Positions 26,924 to 35,380 of a stretch of DNA of 35,380 bases are shown here, one piece after another. The notes beneath the pieces are model-generated. The model made no database searches. It saw nothing but the letters and a program-made list of their open reading frames with translations, and was not told the origin of the DNA. The translations under genes were made by a program, and so were the position numbers. The first letter of the stretch is position 1, and every line of letters begins with the position of its first letter. The stretch is from Promethearchaeota archaeon (GTDB taxonomy: Archaea; Asgardarchaeota; Lokiarchaeia; Sigyniarchaeales; SOKP01): NCBI GenBank assembly GCA_048937405.1, contig JBHLNF010000022.1, forward strand, positions 1-35,380. The letters are read 5' to 3'.

Positions 26924-28222
26924 TCAATTCTTTTCGATTAATACTTCTGGTCGAGGAATTACTTCAACTTCCAAACTTGTACAATTGGGGTCGATTTGTA
27001 ATTCGCTTAAATTTAACTTCAATTCAATCATTTCACTGGGTATAACATGTTTTCTCTTTTTATTATACAAAATTTTATTATTCTCATCTTTTATTTGAAT
27101 TAAAATTCTTCTATCTGGTCTTTTTACTCGAAAGGTGAAAATTATGTCATTCGATAAATCGGTTTTATTTATTACATCAGGCTTTATATAATTAACATTT
27201 TCTCCTACTCTACATTTAATATATAATTTTCTCTCCCTTTCTTTACTGTATCTTTCTTTAACATATTCAATGGCATTTAAACCAGCTCTTTTTGCTTCGG
27301 CAGTTACTAAATCTACTAGATCATGAACTTGTAATACATTTCCACAGGCAAATACTCCATCAATGGTAGTTTCTAAATTATTATCCACAATAGGTCCACC
27401 CATTTCCGAAATTTCAGCACCCGCCTCTCGTGTTAACTCGTTTTCTGGTATTAAACCAACAGATAATAAGAGGGTATCACATTCGATAAATTTTTCAGAA
27501 CCTATGATTTGGTCAAAGTTATGATCTACCTTGCTAATTGTTACTCCTTGAATTCGTTGCCGTCCATGTATCTTTGTAACTGTATAACTAGTTATCAATG
27601 GAATTCCATAATCCTCAAGACACTGGACTTGATTTCTTATTAATCCACTCACATAAGGTTGAATTTCTACAACAGCTTTAACCTCACACCCCTCCCATGT
27701 TAGACGACGTGCCATGATCATACCAATATCTCCACTTCCTAAAATAACAAAAGTTCTACCTGGTAAATATCCTTCAATATTAACAAATCTTTGGGCTTGA
27801 CCCGCAGTAAAGATACCAGATGGTCGAAATCCAGGGATATTTATTGCACCTCTTGTTCTTTCTCGACATCCCATAGCGAGGATAATTGCTTTAGCTTTAA
27901 TTTCTATTAGCCCTTCTTTATTATTTATTGCGTATATTATTTTATTTGGTGTAAATTCAATTACCATAGTATCTAACTTATATGGAATATTTAAGTCTCG
28001 AGCTTCGTTTATAAATCTTTGAATATATTCAGGACCAGTTAATTCTTCTCCAAATTCATGAAGCCCAAATCCATTATGAATACACTGGAGTGTTATTCCA
28101 CCTAATTCTTTATCTCTCTCTATTATTAAAACATCCAAATCTGCTTTTTTAACAACAATAGCTGCTGCTAATCCTGCCGATCCACCCCCTATTACAACAA
28201 CATCCACTTCATACTTTTTCAT
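26924..28222 (-). CDS. FAD/NAD(P)-dependent pyridine nucleotide-disulfide oxidoreductase
   Basis: GGGSAGLAAA, LGGITLQCIHNGFG, LTGPEY, AMGCRER, GSGDIG, GVFACGNVLQVHDLVD. Confidence 0.9.
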   Translation of the reverse strand: MKKYEVDVVVIGGGSAGLAAAIVVKKADLDVLIIERDKELGGITLQCIHNGFGLHEFGEELTGPEYIQRFINEARDLNIPYKLDTMVIEFTPNKIIYAINNKEGLIEIKAKAIILAMGCRERTRGAINIPGFRPSGIFTAGQAQRFVNIEGYLPGRTFVILGSGDIGMIMARRLTWEGCEVKAVVEIQPYVSGLIRNQVQCLEDYGIPLITSYTVTKIHGRQRIQGVTISKVDHNFDQIIGSEKFIECDTLLLSVGLIPENELTREAGAEISEMGGPIVDNNLETTIDGVFACGNVLQVHDLVDLVTAEAKRAGLNAIEYVKERYSKERERKLYIKCRVGENVNYIKPDVINKTDLSNDIIFTFRVKRPDRRILIQIKDENNKILYNKKRKHVIPSEMIELKLNLSELQIDPNCTSLEVEVIPRPEVLIEKN

Positions 28223-28227
28223 TTTCC

Positions 28228-29691
28228 CTAAGCATCCTCCCTTTTTTGATTTAATAGAAAATCCTTAGTTTTTCCAGTTAAGATGTAAGTATCTTCTCCC
28301 CTCTTAGTAATTTCCTCATATGGTTTCTTTAGTTCCCTTGTCAAGATTTCAATAACCCTAGGGCGACAGAATCCACCTTGACATCTACCCATTCCAGGTC
28401 TACAGCGAAATTTAACTCCATCAACTGTCCTAGCTCCAACTGGAGTATTAATAGCATCTATAATTTCTTTTTCAGGAATTGTTTCACATCGACATATAAT
28501 TCTACCCCATGTTGGATCTTGTTGTATTCTTTTGTCAAGTTGTTCTTTTGAAAAATCCTTAAATCTTTCTGGTTTAGGGCGAATCGGGTTATATTCGTCT
28601 TTAATTTTTAAATTAACTCCTAATAGTTCAAGAAATTCAACTATTTTTTCTGCAATAGCAAAGGTTGCGCTTAATCCCGGTGATAAAATCCCGGCAACAT
28701 TAATAAATCCATAAACATCAGTATTATCTATGATAAAATCATATTCCTCTGGGACTGCTCTTAATCCAGCAAAATTTCTTATCGAGCTTCTGATAGGGAT
28801 ACTAGGAACTAAATTCATGGCACCTTCCAAGATTTCTTTCAATCCCGCAGTAGTGGTTGATATATCTTCAAGATCAGTTATATTTTGAGCATTTGGACCA
28901 ACAAAAGTGTTACCGTGTAATGTAGGGCAAACTAAAATCCCTTTTGATATTTTTGTGGGCATTGGGAATAATATCTTATTTAGCTGAATAGCATTTCGAT
29001 CAAAAAGTATATATTCACCCTTCCTTGGTGTTATGCTAAAATAATCCAAACCCAGCATTCTAGAGATTTGAGCGGCATATAACCCTGCTGCATTAATAAC
29101 ATTTCGACTCTTAAATTCTCCTGAAAGTGATCGCACGGTAAAAATATTTTCTTGATGAGTAATTTTGATAACTTTATGATTTCTGAAAAATTTTACTCCA
29201 TTCATAGCGGCATTTTCTGCTAAGGCAAAGGTTAGTTCATAAGGACTAGCAAGACCACCTGTAGGTGCATGTAACACACCAACAGCATCATCGGTTAGTC
29301 TTGGTTCCATTTGTTTTATCTTTTTTTTATCTAAAATTACCTCTAATCCAGGAATGCCATCCTCAGTCCCCTTTTTTTTTTCTTCTTCCAATTGTTTAAT
29401 CTGATTATCCTCTAAAGCTACAACAAACGAACCAATTCTTTTAAAAGGGAAATTTAGTTCTTCTGCTGCTTGAGTATACATTTTATTTCCCTCAATAGCT
29501 AGATATCGTTTTTTATATTCTCTGGGAGAAGCGTAACCTGCGTGAATAACACCAGAATTAGCTTTAGTAGTTCCAGAAGCAATCTCTGCTTCCTTTTCTA
29601 ATAAACAGACATCCAAGTCATATTTTGAAAGTGTACGAGCTATGCAACAACCTGTAACGCCCCCTCCAATGATTGTAACATCGTAAATCAA
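28228..29691 (-). CDS. FAD-dependent glycerol-3-phosphate dehydrogenase/LhgO-like oxidoreductase with C-terminal BFD-like [2Fe-2S] domain
   Basis: IIGGGVTG, TTKANSGVIHAG, PRKGEY, FAGLR, GILSPGL; ICRCE...GMGRCQGGFC; GGTG RBS. Confidence 0.85.
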   Translation of the reverse strand: MIYDVTIIGGGVTGCCIARTLSKYDLDVCLLEKEAEIASGTTKANSGVIHAGYASPREYKKRYLAIEGNKMYTQAAEELNFPFKRIGSFVVALEDNQIKQLEEEKKKGTEDGIPGLEVILDKKKIKQMEPRLTDDAVGVLHAPTGGLASPYELTFALAENAAMNGVKFFRNHKVIKITHQENIFTVRSLSGEFKSRNVINAAGLYAAQISRMLGLDYFSITPRKGEYILFDRNAIQLNKILFPMPTKISKGILVCPTLHGNTFVGPNAQNITDLEDISTTTAGLKEILEGAMNLVPSIPIRSSIRNFAGLRAVPEEYDFIIDNTDVYGFINVAGILSPGLSATFAIAEKIVEFLELLGVNLKIKDEYNPIRPKPERFKDFSKEQLDKRIQQDPTWGRIICRCETIPEKEIIDAINTPVGARTVDGVKFRCRPGMGRCQGGFCRPRVIEILTRELKKPYEEITKRGEDTYILTGKTKDFLLNQKREDA

Positions 29692-29828
29692 TTATACTTC
29701 ACCAACCTATATAATCTTTTCATTGAAAACTATAGTTATAAATATTTAAATCTAATACTAAACAAAATAAATATTTTTTAAATTTAGTGAAAAGAAATTG
29801 GATATTCTGTTAATTTCATAATTAATCA

Positions 29829-30155
29829 TTATAAAACATAAATGAAGAGTATCCAGAAAATATTAAAAATGAGTGCCAATAATATCAAAATTTTTGTAAC
29901 TGGGTTGAATAATGAATTTTTTATTGAATGACTCATCTTTGATTTTAATTCACTTTCTACTAGGTTATCAACTAAGTTAGAATTATGCATTGTTTCTTTT
30001 TTCATATGGATTGATCCTAAGAAACGTGGGTTTGATAAATTTTTGATAATATATTCTAAATTATTCGATGCTAGTAAGGGTGTTTTATGAATTAATGGAA
30101 GTTCTTCAATATTATCATTATTATCTAATTTCTTCTTTTCAATTGGTTCCATCAA
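29829..30155 (-). CDS. Small tail-anchored membrane protein
   Basis: 108 aa with a single hydrophobic helix at the extreme C-terminus. Confidence 0.65.
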   Translation of the reverse strand: MMEPIEKKKLDNNDNIEELPLIHKTPLLASNNLEYIIKNLSNPRFLGSIHMKKETMHNSNLVDNLVESELKSKMSHSIKNSLFNPVTKILILLALIFNIFWILFIYVL

Positions 30156-30303
30156 TTTTTCCTTTTATATTTGGTAAATTTCTTTTTCATTATTATAGAA
30201 ACAACTCAATCTTAAATTTTTTACGATTATAAATCTAAAATAGTAACATTTTGAAGTATGCTAAAGAAAACGTATTTTTAAAGTTAAATGATTTCTGCAC
30301 ATT

Positions 30304-30693
30304 TTAAGCAGATTCTACCAATGAATCAATAATTTTTTCTTCAAAATTCTCAAATATATTAATATTATTATCCCATTTCTCTATAATTTCTTCAGGATAT
30401 ATTTCAAAGAATTTTTTTGATATTTTTTTTAATTCATTTATAATCTTTTTAGGTTTGACTCTACTGGATGAATTTGTGACGAAAACGAAATGATTTCTCT
30501 TCTCAATTGTGAAACGAATACTACTCAATTCAAAATTTGAAATTCCCCCTTGAGAAAGAGTTTCTGCAAATTTATTTAATGCTGTCATTAAACCACCAAA
30601 CATTTGTGGTTCTATGGAGGGGTCAATAACTCGGCTAAATACTGCTAGACCATGTTCATGCAAAATCCATAAATCCCTTAAAACCTTCCCCAT
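30304..30693 (-). CDS. Longin-like domain protein (Asgard eukaryotic signature protein)
   Basis: LWILHEHGLAVFSR; PQMFGGLMTALNKFA; beta-strands; LKKISKKFFEIY...FENF. Size and pattern match sedlin/AP-sigma-type longins. Confidence 0.7.
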   Translation of the reverse strand: MGKVLRDLWILHEHGLAVFSRVIDPSIEPQMFGGLMTALNKFAETLSQGGISNFELSSIRFTIEKRNHFVFVTNSSSRVKPKKIINELKKISKKFFEIYPEEIIEKWDNNINIFENFEEKIIDSLVESA

Positions 30694-30852
30694 ATTAACT
30701 TGCTCTTTAAATTATGAAATTTTTGTCTATAAAATAATAGATTACACTTATTTAAATTTTGATAAAAAAAACATATTTGTTTTCATAAGAATAAAATATA
30801 TCTAAAAACGTTTAACTAATTATTATAAAACCTCAACTCTAATTTTTGGAAT

Positions 30853-32598
30853 ATGGATATCAAATATAATAAAATTTCGCAAGCTCTATTAAAGAAATTA
30901 AAAAGTATTGTTGGAGAAAATTTTTTTTTTACTGATTTTGAAATTAGATGGACTTATGCTTTTGGAGGTTCAATTTTTAATAGGGATTGGATTCCAGATT
31001 TGATATTAATTCCACAAAATACCAAACAAATTGCTGAAATATTAAAATTGTCAAATGAAAATAAAATTCCAGTCACACCTAGAGGGAGTGGAACAAGTTT
31101 ATCCTCTGGCTCATTAAGTCCATATGGAGGGATAATATTAGATTTAAGTCAGATGAACAAAATATTACAAATAAATATTGAAAATAATTATGTTGAAGTT
31201 GAGCCAGGAGTAGTTTGTGATGAACTAAATGAAACACTAAAACCATTTGGATACTTTTTTCCTCCAGATCCTGGTTCAAGTTCCGTTGCCACTATAGGGG
31301 GAATGGTCGCGAGTAATGCAGGGGGAATTCAGGCCTTCAAATATGGGGTTACGAAAAATTATGTCATGTATTTGGACGTTGTATTACCAAATGGGACAAT
31401 TGTTAATTTAGGGTCAAACGTTTTAAAATCCGTATCTTCTTATAATATAAAAGACTTATTTATCGGTTCTGAAGGTACTCTAGGTGTTATTACTAAAATC
31501 GGATTAAGAATTAGACCTTTACCAATGACAAGAAAATTAGGAGCATTCATTTTTGACAATACTGATGATCTGAAAGATGCTGTTATAGAATTAAGAAGAA
31601 GTGGAGTTGTTCCTAACTTATTAGAATTCATGGATAAAGTGGTTTTAAAAGCTGTGACGAAATATTTGGGTGGAGAGTTTTTAGATTTTCCAAATGGTTA
31701 TATATTATTAGCAGAAGTTGATGGAAATTCTGAAAGGGAAGTAGAGGATGAATTTGCGAAGATGTTTGATATTATTGTCCAAAAAAAACCTATATTCCAG
31801 AAAGTAGCTATGAATCTTGAGGAAAGAGAAAGGTTAATCCTTGCAAGGAAAGCCAACCTCCCAGCTCTTTCGAGAATTCGCCCAAATACATCTGTTGAAG
31901 ATTGTACAATTCATATTACTCATTTTTCTAATGTAATAAAAAAAATTGAAGAAATCCCTAAAAAAGTTAATGCTAAAAATTTGTTAGTCGCTATTATTTG
32001 TCATATGGAAGGAAATTTGCATCCAACCTTTTTATTCAATGAAAATGATGAACAGGATGTTAAGGATTTTGAAAACGCAGTAGATTATTTATATAAAGAA
32101 ATTATAATACCAGTAGGAGGAACTATAACTGGTGAGCATGGAATTGGTAAAGTTAAAACTCCTTATCTAAAATTGGAGCACGATGCTAATTTAATTGATT
32201 TAATGGCGCAAATTAAAAAGTTATTTGATCCAAATATGATTTTGAATCCTGGAATTGGAAAAGGAGATACACGTATATTAAATTCAAAAAAAATAAATCG
32301 TACTTTAGAAACACAAAAAGATAAAATATTAGAATTAAAATGTATGAGATGTGGATTTTGTATCTCATGTCCTTCTAGAATTGAATATCAATTAGAGACG
32401 TATAGTCCAAGGGGACGTTTAAGTTTGTTAAATGGGTTAGTATATGGAGATTTAAAATTAAACGATTTAATCATTAAGGTTTTACATACATGTACTTTAT
32501 GTGGGCTCTGTCAAATTAAATGTCCTGCTGGAGTGAATACAACTGAGATTTTTGAAAAAGCACGAGAAATAATTCATAGAAATACAAAAATATCATGA
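30853..32598 (+). CDS. FAD-linked D-lactate/glycolate dehydrogenase (GlcD-type) fused to a C-terminal 2x[4Fe-4S] module
   Basis: PRGSGTSL, FPPDPGS, TIGGMVASNAGG, KYG, GSEGTLG, GNLH, GEHGIG, DPNMILNPG; CMRCGFCISCP, SPRGR, CTLCGLCQIKCP. Confidence 0.88.
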   Translation: MDIKYNKISQALLKKLKSIVGENFFFTDFEIRWTYAFGGSIFNRDWIPDLILIPQNTKQIAEILKLSNENKIPVTPRGSGTSLSSGSLSPYGGIILDLSQMNKILQINIENNYVEVEPGVVCDELNETLKPFGYFFPPDPGSSSVATIGGMVASNAGGIQAFKYGVTKNYVMYLDVVLPNGTIVNLGSNVLKSVSSYNIKDLFIGSEGTLGVITKIGLRIRPLPMTRKLGAFIFDNTDDLKDAVIELRRSGVVPNLLEFMDKVVLKAVTKYLGGEFLDFPNGYILLAEVDGNSEREVEDEFAKMFDIIVQKKPIFQKVAMNLEERERLILARKANLPALSRIRPNTSVEDCTIHITHFSNVIKKIEEIPKKVNAKNLLVAIICHMEGNLHPTFLFNENDEQDVKDFENAVDYLYKEIIIPVGGTITGEHGIGKVKTPYLKLEHDANLIDLMAQIKKLFDPNMILNPGIGKGDTRILNSKKINRTLETQKDKILELKCMRCGFCISCPSRIEYQLETYSPRGRLSLLNGLVYGDLKLNDLIIKVLHTCTLCGLCQIKCPAGVNTTEIFEKAREIIHRNTKIS

Positions 32599-33890
32599 AA
32601 TTAGATTATGGAAAAGTAGATCTTGATATAACTCTTGATTCAAAATGGAATGTAACTATCTTTAGATCTACAGAACAAAAACCTATTGAGAATCCTATTG
32701 AAAAGATAAGGGAATCAATTAATCATCCAATAGGTAAAATATCTCTTAAAGAAATTATCAAAAAAAAAGATAGTATAAAATCAGTGTGCATTATAGCAAG
32801 TGATGCAACACGACCAGTTCCTTCGCATTTAATTTTAGAAGTACTGATAACGGAATTAAATGTCTATGGAATTAGTGATGATCTAATAACGATACTAATT
32901 GCTACAGGATTACATCGTGTTTCTCGTGAAGAAGAACTGAATCGTATCTTAGGTCCTAATCTAATAAATAAAATTAATGTCATTGATCATGTAGCTGTTG
33001 ATGATAACTCTTTAATCAATCTAGGATCAACAAAAGATAATCATCCACTTCTGATAAACAAACTATATTATGAAGCAGATTTGAAGATTTTAACCGGATA
33101 TGTGGAACCTCATTTCTTTTTTGGTTTTTCTGGAGGTCGTAAATCTATAGTTCCCGGAATAGCGGGAGCAGATATTATTCAATATAGTCATTCTGCAAAA
33201 AATATCGCCTCTCCCTTTGCTCGTTTTGGAATCTATAAAGAAAACCCACTGCATAAAAATTCAATCAAACTGTCTGAAAAAGTTGGAGTCGATTTCATTG
33301 TAAATGTCTGTTTAAATGAAAAACATGAAATTGTTCAAGTAGCTTCGGGCGATTTTAAGAAAGCTCATGAAAAACTTGTAAATTATCAAATAGAACATAT
33401 TTTTAGGGAAATAAATAATCCTTATGATATTGTAATATGTGGAAATGGGGGATATCCGCTTGATCTTAATTTATATCAAGCTGTAAAGAGTATGGCAATC
33501 GGAGAGATAGCAGTAAAAAAGGGGGGTACCATTATTTCTGTGAATGAATGTGTTGATGGAGTAGGGATTGGACAAGATGATTTCAAAAATTTGATTTTTT
33601 CTGGTATTAAACCTGATGAATTATATAAAAAAATTCTAGATAAGGAAATTACTCTCCCAGATCAATGGGAAATTCAGATTCTTACCAGAATTCTCATGAA
33701 AGCGGATATCTATGTTGTTTCAAGCTTAAATAAAAACGAAATTGGAAATATTGGTTTAAAATATGCTAAGACTGTTGAGGATGCTATTAGTAAGTGTTTA
33801 AAAAAATATGGCTCAAATGCTTCTATACTAATACTACCAAATGGACCACAAGTGATTCCTTTATTAAAAGATACTCTAAATATTTCTTAA
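32595..33890 (+). CDS. larA: Nickel-pincer-dependent lactate racemase family protein
   Basis: SDATRP, ATGLHR, EPHFFFGFSGGRKS..PG, DLNLYQAVK, DQW; ATGA overlap with the dehydrogenase. Confidence 0.88.
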   Translation: MKLDYGKVDLDITLDSKWNVTIFRSTEQKPIENPIEKIRESINHPIGKISLKEIIKKKDSIKSVCIIASDATRPVPSHLILEVLITELNVYGISDDLITILIATGLHRVSREEELNRILGPNLINKINVIDHVAVDDNSLINLGSTKDNHPLLINKLYYEADLKILTGYVEPHFFFGFSGGRKSIVPGIAGADIIQYSHSAKNIASPFARFGIYKENPLHKNSIKLSEKVGVDFIVNVCLNEKHEIVQVASGDFKKAHEKLVNYQIEHIFREINNPYDIVICGNGGYPLDLNLYQAVKSMAIGEIAVKKGGTIISVNECVDGVGIGQDDFKNLIFSGIKPDELYKKILDKEITLPDQWEIQILTRILMKADIYVVSSLNKNEIGNIGLKYAKTVEDAISKCLKKYGSNASILILPNGPQVIPLLKDTLNIS

Positions 33891-33899
33891 TTAGACAAT

Positions 33900-33927
33900 T
33901 AAAACGAGTAAAATTATACTCATTTTA
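33900..33927 (-). mobile_element. Hairpin just downstream of tnpB (right-end/omegaRNA hairpin or terminator)
   Basis: Minus strand TAAAATGAGTA-taattt-TACTCGTTTTA forms an 11-bp stem with one G-U pair. Confidence 0.55.
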
Positions 33928-33929
33928 TT

Positions 33930-35159
33930 TCAAATAATCATATCAACAATGTTTTGTTGTATTATTTGTGGTATTAGTCCGAATACCTCTATCCCATCCA
34001 CCAAAATGGCATTTGGGAATGCTTTTTTCATGATATTATATGCTCCATTCACATCAGCATTGATTATAATCCCTTTGGAGGTTTTAAACAATCCTCTTGA
34101 AATTCTTTTTCCTGCATAAGTTATATGTTTTCCAATTGGTTCATTATCCAAGAAAGAACATTTAGAAGTATGACTTTCATTAATAGCTAGAACATGGATT
34201 CCTTTCAATTTCGCTTTATATTCGAGTTGTTTTACTAATTTCAGGAAAGGGATCTGGACAAATTTCTGATTATTTCTTTTTCCTAAGTTGATCTTCTGTT
34301 TCCAACCATGAGTGTATCCAATTATTATTGTTCCAATGTTTTTTTGAACACAATATTCAATTATATTTTTAGAAATTCGATGAAATAATGTAGTAAGTTT
34401 ATTGTTTCGAGTTAAATGGAGTTTTTGAATCCTTTTTGTATCGGTGAAATTACCTTTCTTATTTTCTATACTTCTATAATATGCTAATTGCTTGTTATAA
34501 TATTGATTTATAGATTTTATCATCCCACCTTTAATAATAAATGGTTTGCACCCATTATTATTTACTGCAGTTATGAGATTAGTCAATCCTAAATCAATGC
34601 TTAATATGTGATTTTTATCTAATCTTAAATCCTTCACTTCTTTTTCATATACAAGTTCAATTTTATACTTTATTCCTAAAGGGACTATCCTCACTTCTTT
34701 TAATCTTTTGGTGATTCTTGTTTTAATAGGGTTAATATTTACTCTTTTAGGAAAATGTAGATATCCATTCTTAATTTTGCATTGTTGATTGGTAAAAATT
34801 GCGATAGATTCTCCATTTTTCTTCTTATATCGTGGAATTTTGGGTCTCTTTTTAAATTTTCTGAAATTTCTTTTATACTCTTCTAATCCTCTAAAATAAG
34901 ACTTCCAATTTCGAGTTATATATCTGAGAATTTGTTGTGATGTTTGGGAAGGAAGTTTTTGGTATGCCTGCTTGTTTTTAAGAATAAAATCTAAATCATA
35001 ATATGATAAGAGAGTATTGAGATTAAAGAAATGTTGTCTCACATACCAATTGGTTAAATTGTAGAGATTCTTTGCTAAATGACATAAGTGTGATACTTCT
35101 GATGAATAGTTTATTTGGATAACTTCAGTTAGTTTCACGTTGATAGTATTACAAAACAC
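33930..35159 (-). CDS. tnpB: TnpB RNA-guided endonuclease (IS200/IS605 family; no tnpA seen in the window)
   Basis: AKNLYN, LPSQTSQQ, RuvC-I SIDLGLTN, QLEYKA, NESHTSKCS, RuvC-III NADVNGAYNI. The start may be GTG 35138 (MKLTEVIQI). Confidence 0.92.
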   Translation of the reverse strand: MFCNTINVKLTEVIQINYSSEVSHLCHLAKNLYNLTNWYVRQHFFNLNTLLSYYDLDFILKNKQAYQKLPSQTSQQILRYITRNWKSYFRGLEEYKRNFRKFKKRPKIPRYKKKNGESIAIFTNQQCKIKNGYLHFPKRVNINPIKTRITKRLKEVRIVPLGIKYKIELVYEKEVKDLRLDKNHILSIDLGLTNLITAVNNNGCKPFIIKGGMIKSINQYYNKQLAYYRSIENKKGNFTDTKRIQKLHLTRNNKLTTLFHRISKNIIEYCVQKNIGTIIIGYTHGWKQKINLGKRNNQKFVQIPFLKLVKQLEYKAKLKGIHVLAINESHTSKCSFLDNEPIGKHITYAGKRISRGLFKTSKGIIINADVNGAYNIMKKAFPNAILVDGIEVFGLIPQIIQQNIVDMII

Positions 35160-35380
35160 TCCTATTTAATAAGACACAGTGTTCATAATAACTAATCTTT
35201 CCAATAATAATATCAAATGAGTATAAAAGATATAGTTTTTATAAAAAATACTCACTATATAAAAAACCTGTATTTCTATTAAAATGAAGTATATAAAAAT
35301 TTCATATATAAAATCGATAGAAAACTGAGAGAGATTCTTCCATCAGGTTATAAATATTAATTTCTTGTTTTTTACGCTTC

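Noticed and set aside
26832-31631. Short ORFs 26832-27098, 28532-28714, 30614-30805, 31079-31279 and 31440-31631
   Set aside because: All are antisense to or overlap confidently assigned genes and have no recognisable motifs.
1-35380. CRISPR array, tRNA or rRNA genes
   Set aside because: No regularly spaced repeats or GC-rich structured RNA segments were seen in the intergenic regions.

Overview
Very AT-rich archaeal DNA. The gene content (two-domain gelsolin, longin-type protein, EMC3/TMCO1-type insertase, TFB paralog, Hef helicase, GGTG/GGAG ribosome-binding sites) points to an Asgard archaeon, probably Lokiarchaeia; this is inference. The flanks hold housekeeping and metabolic genes: a PLP aminotransferase, a radical SAM protein, a three-gene glycerol-3-phosphate-dehydrogenase-type operon, a D-lactate/glycolate dehydrogenase with LarA racemase, and a solo tnpB. 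The top finding is a 30-nt insertion (25942-25971, minus strand) in a small Zn-ribbon gene. It folds into a bulge-helix-bulge (BHB) motif. Canonical splicing-endonuclease cuts would remove three in-frame stops and restore a CKKCGYEF C-terminus, which matches the paralogous Zn-ribbon tail of the gelsolin in this window. It is therefore a candidate spliced mRNA intron. The second finding is an ~18-kb block (7335-25752) with a TFB paralog, an M50-like protease, a RadA paralog, Hef, a membrane-anchored HhH protein, several membrane proteins and a degenerate VirB4/HerA-like ATPase. Its transcription units share a pyrimidine-rich T6C-TATA motif, suggesting an alternative-TFB regulon for DNA uptake or repair. 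All calls come from reading motifs by eye; no database searches were run.
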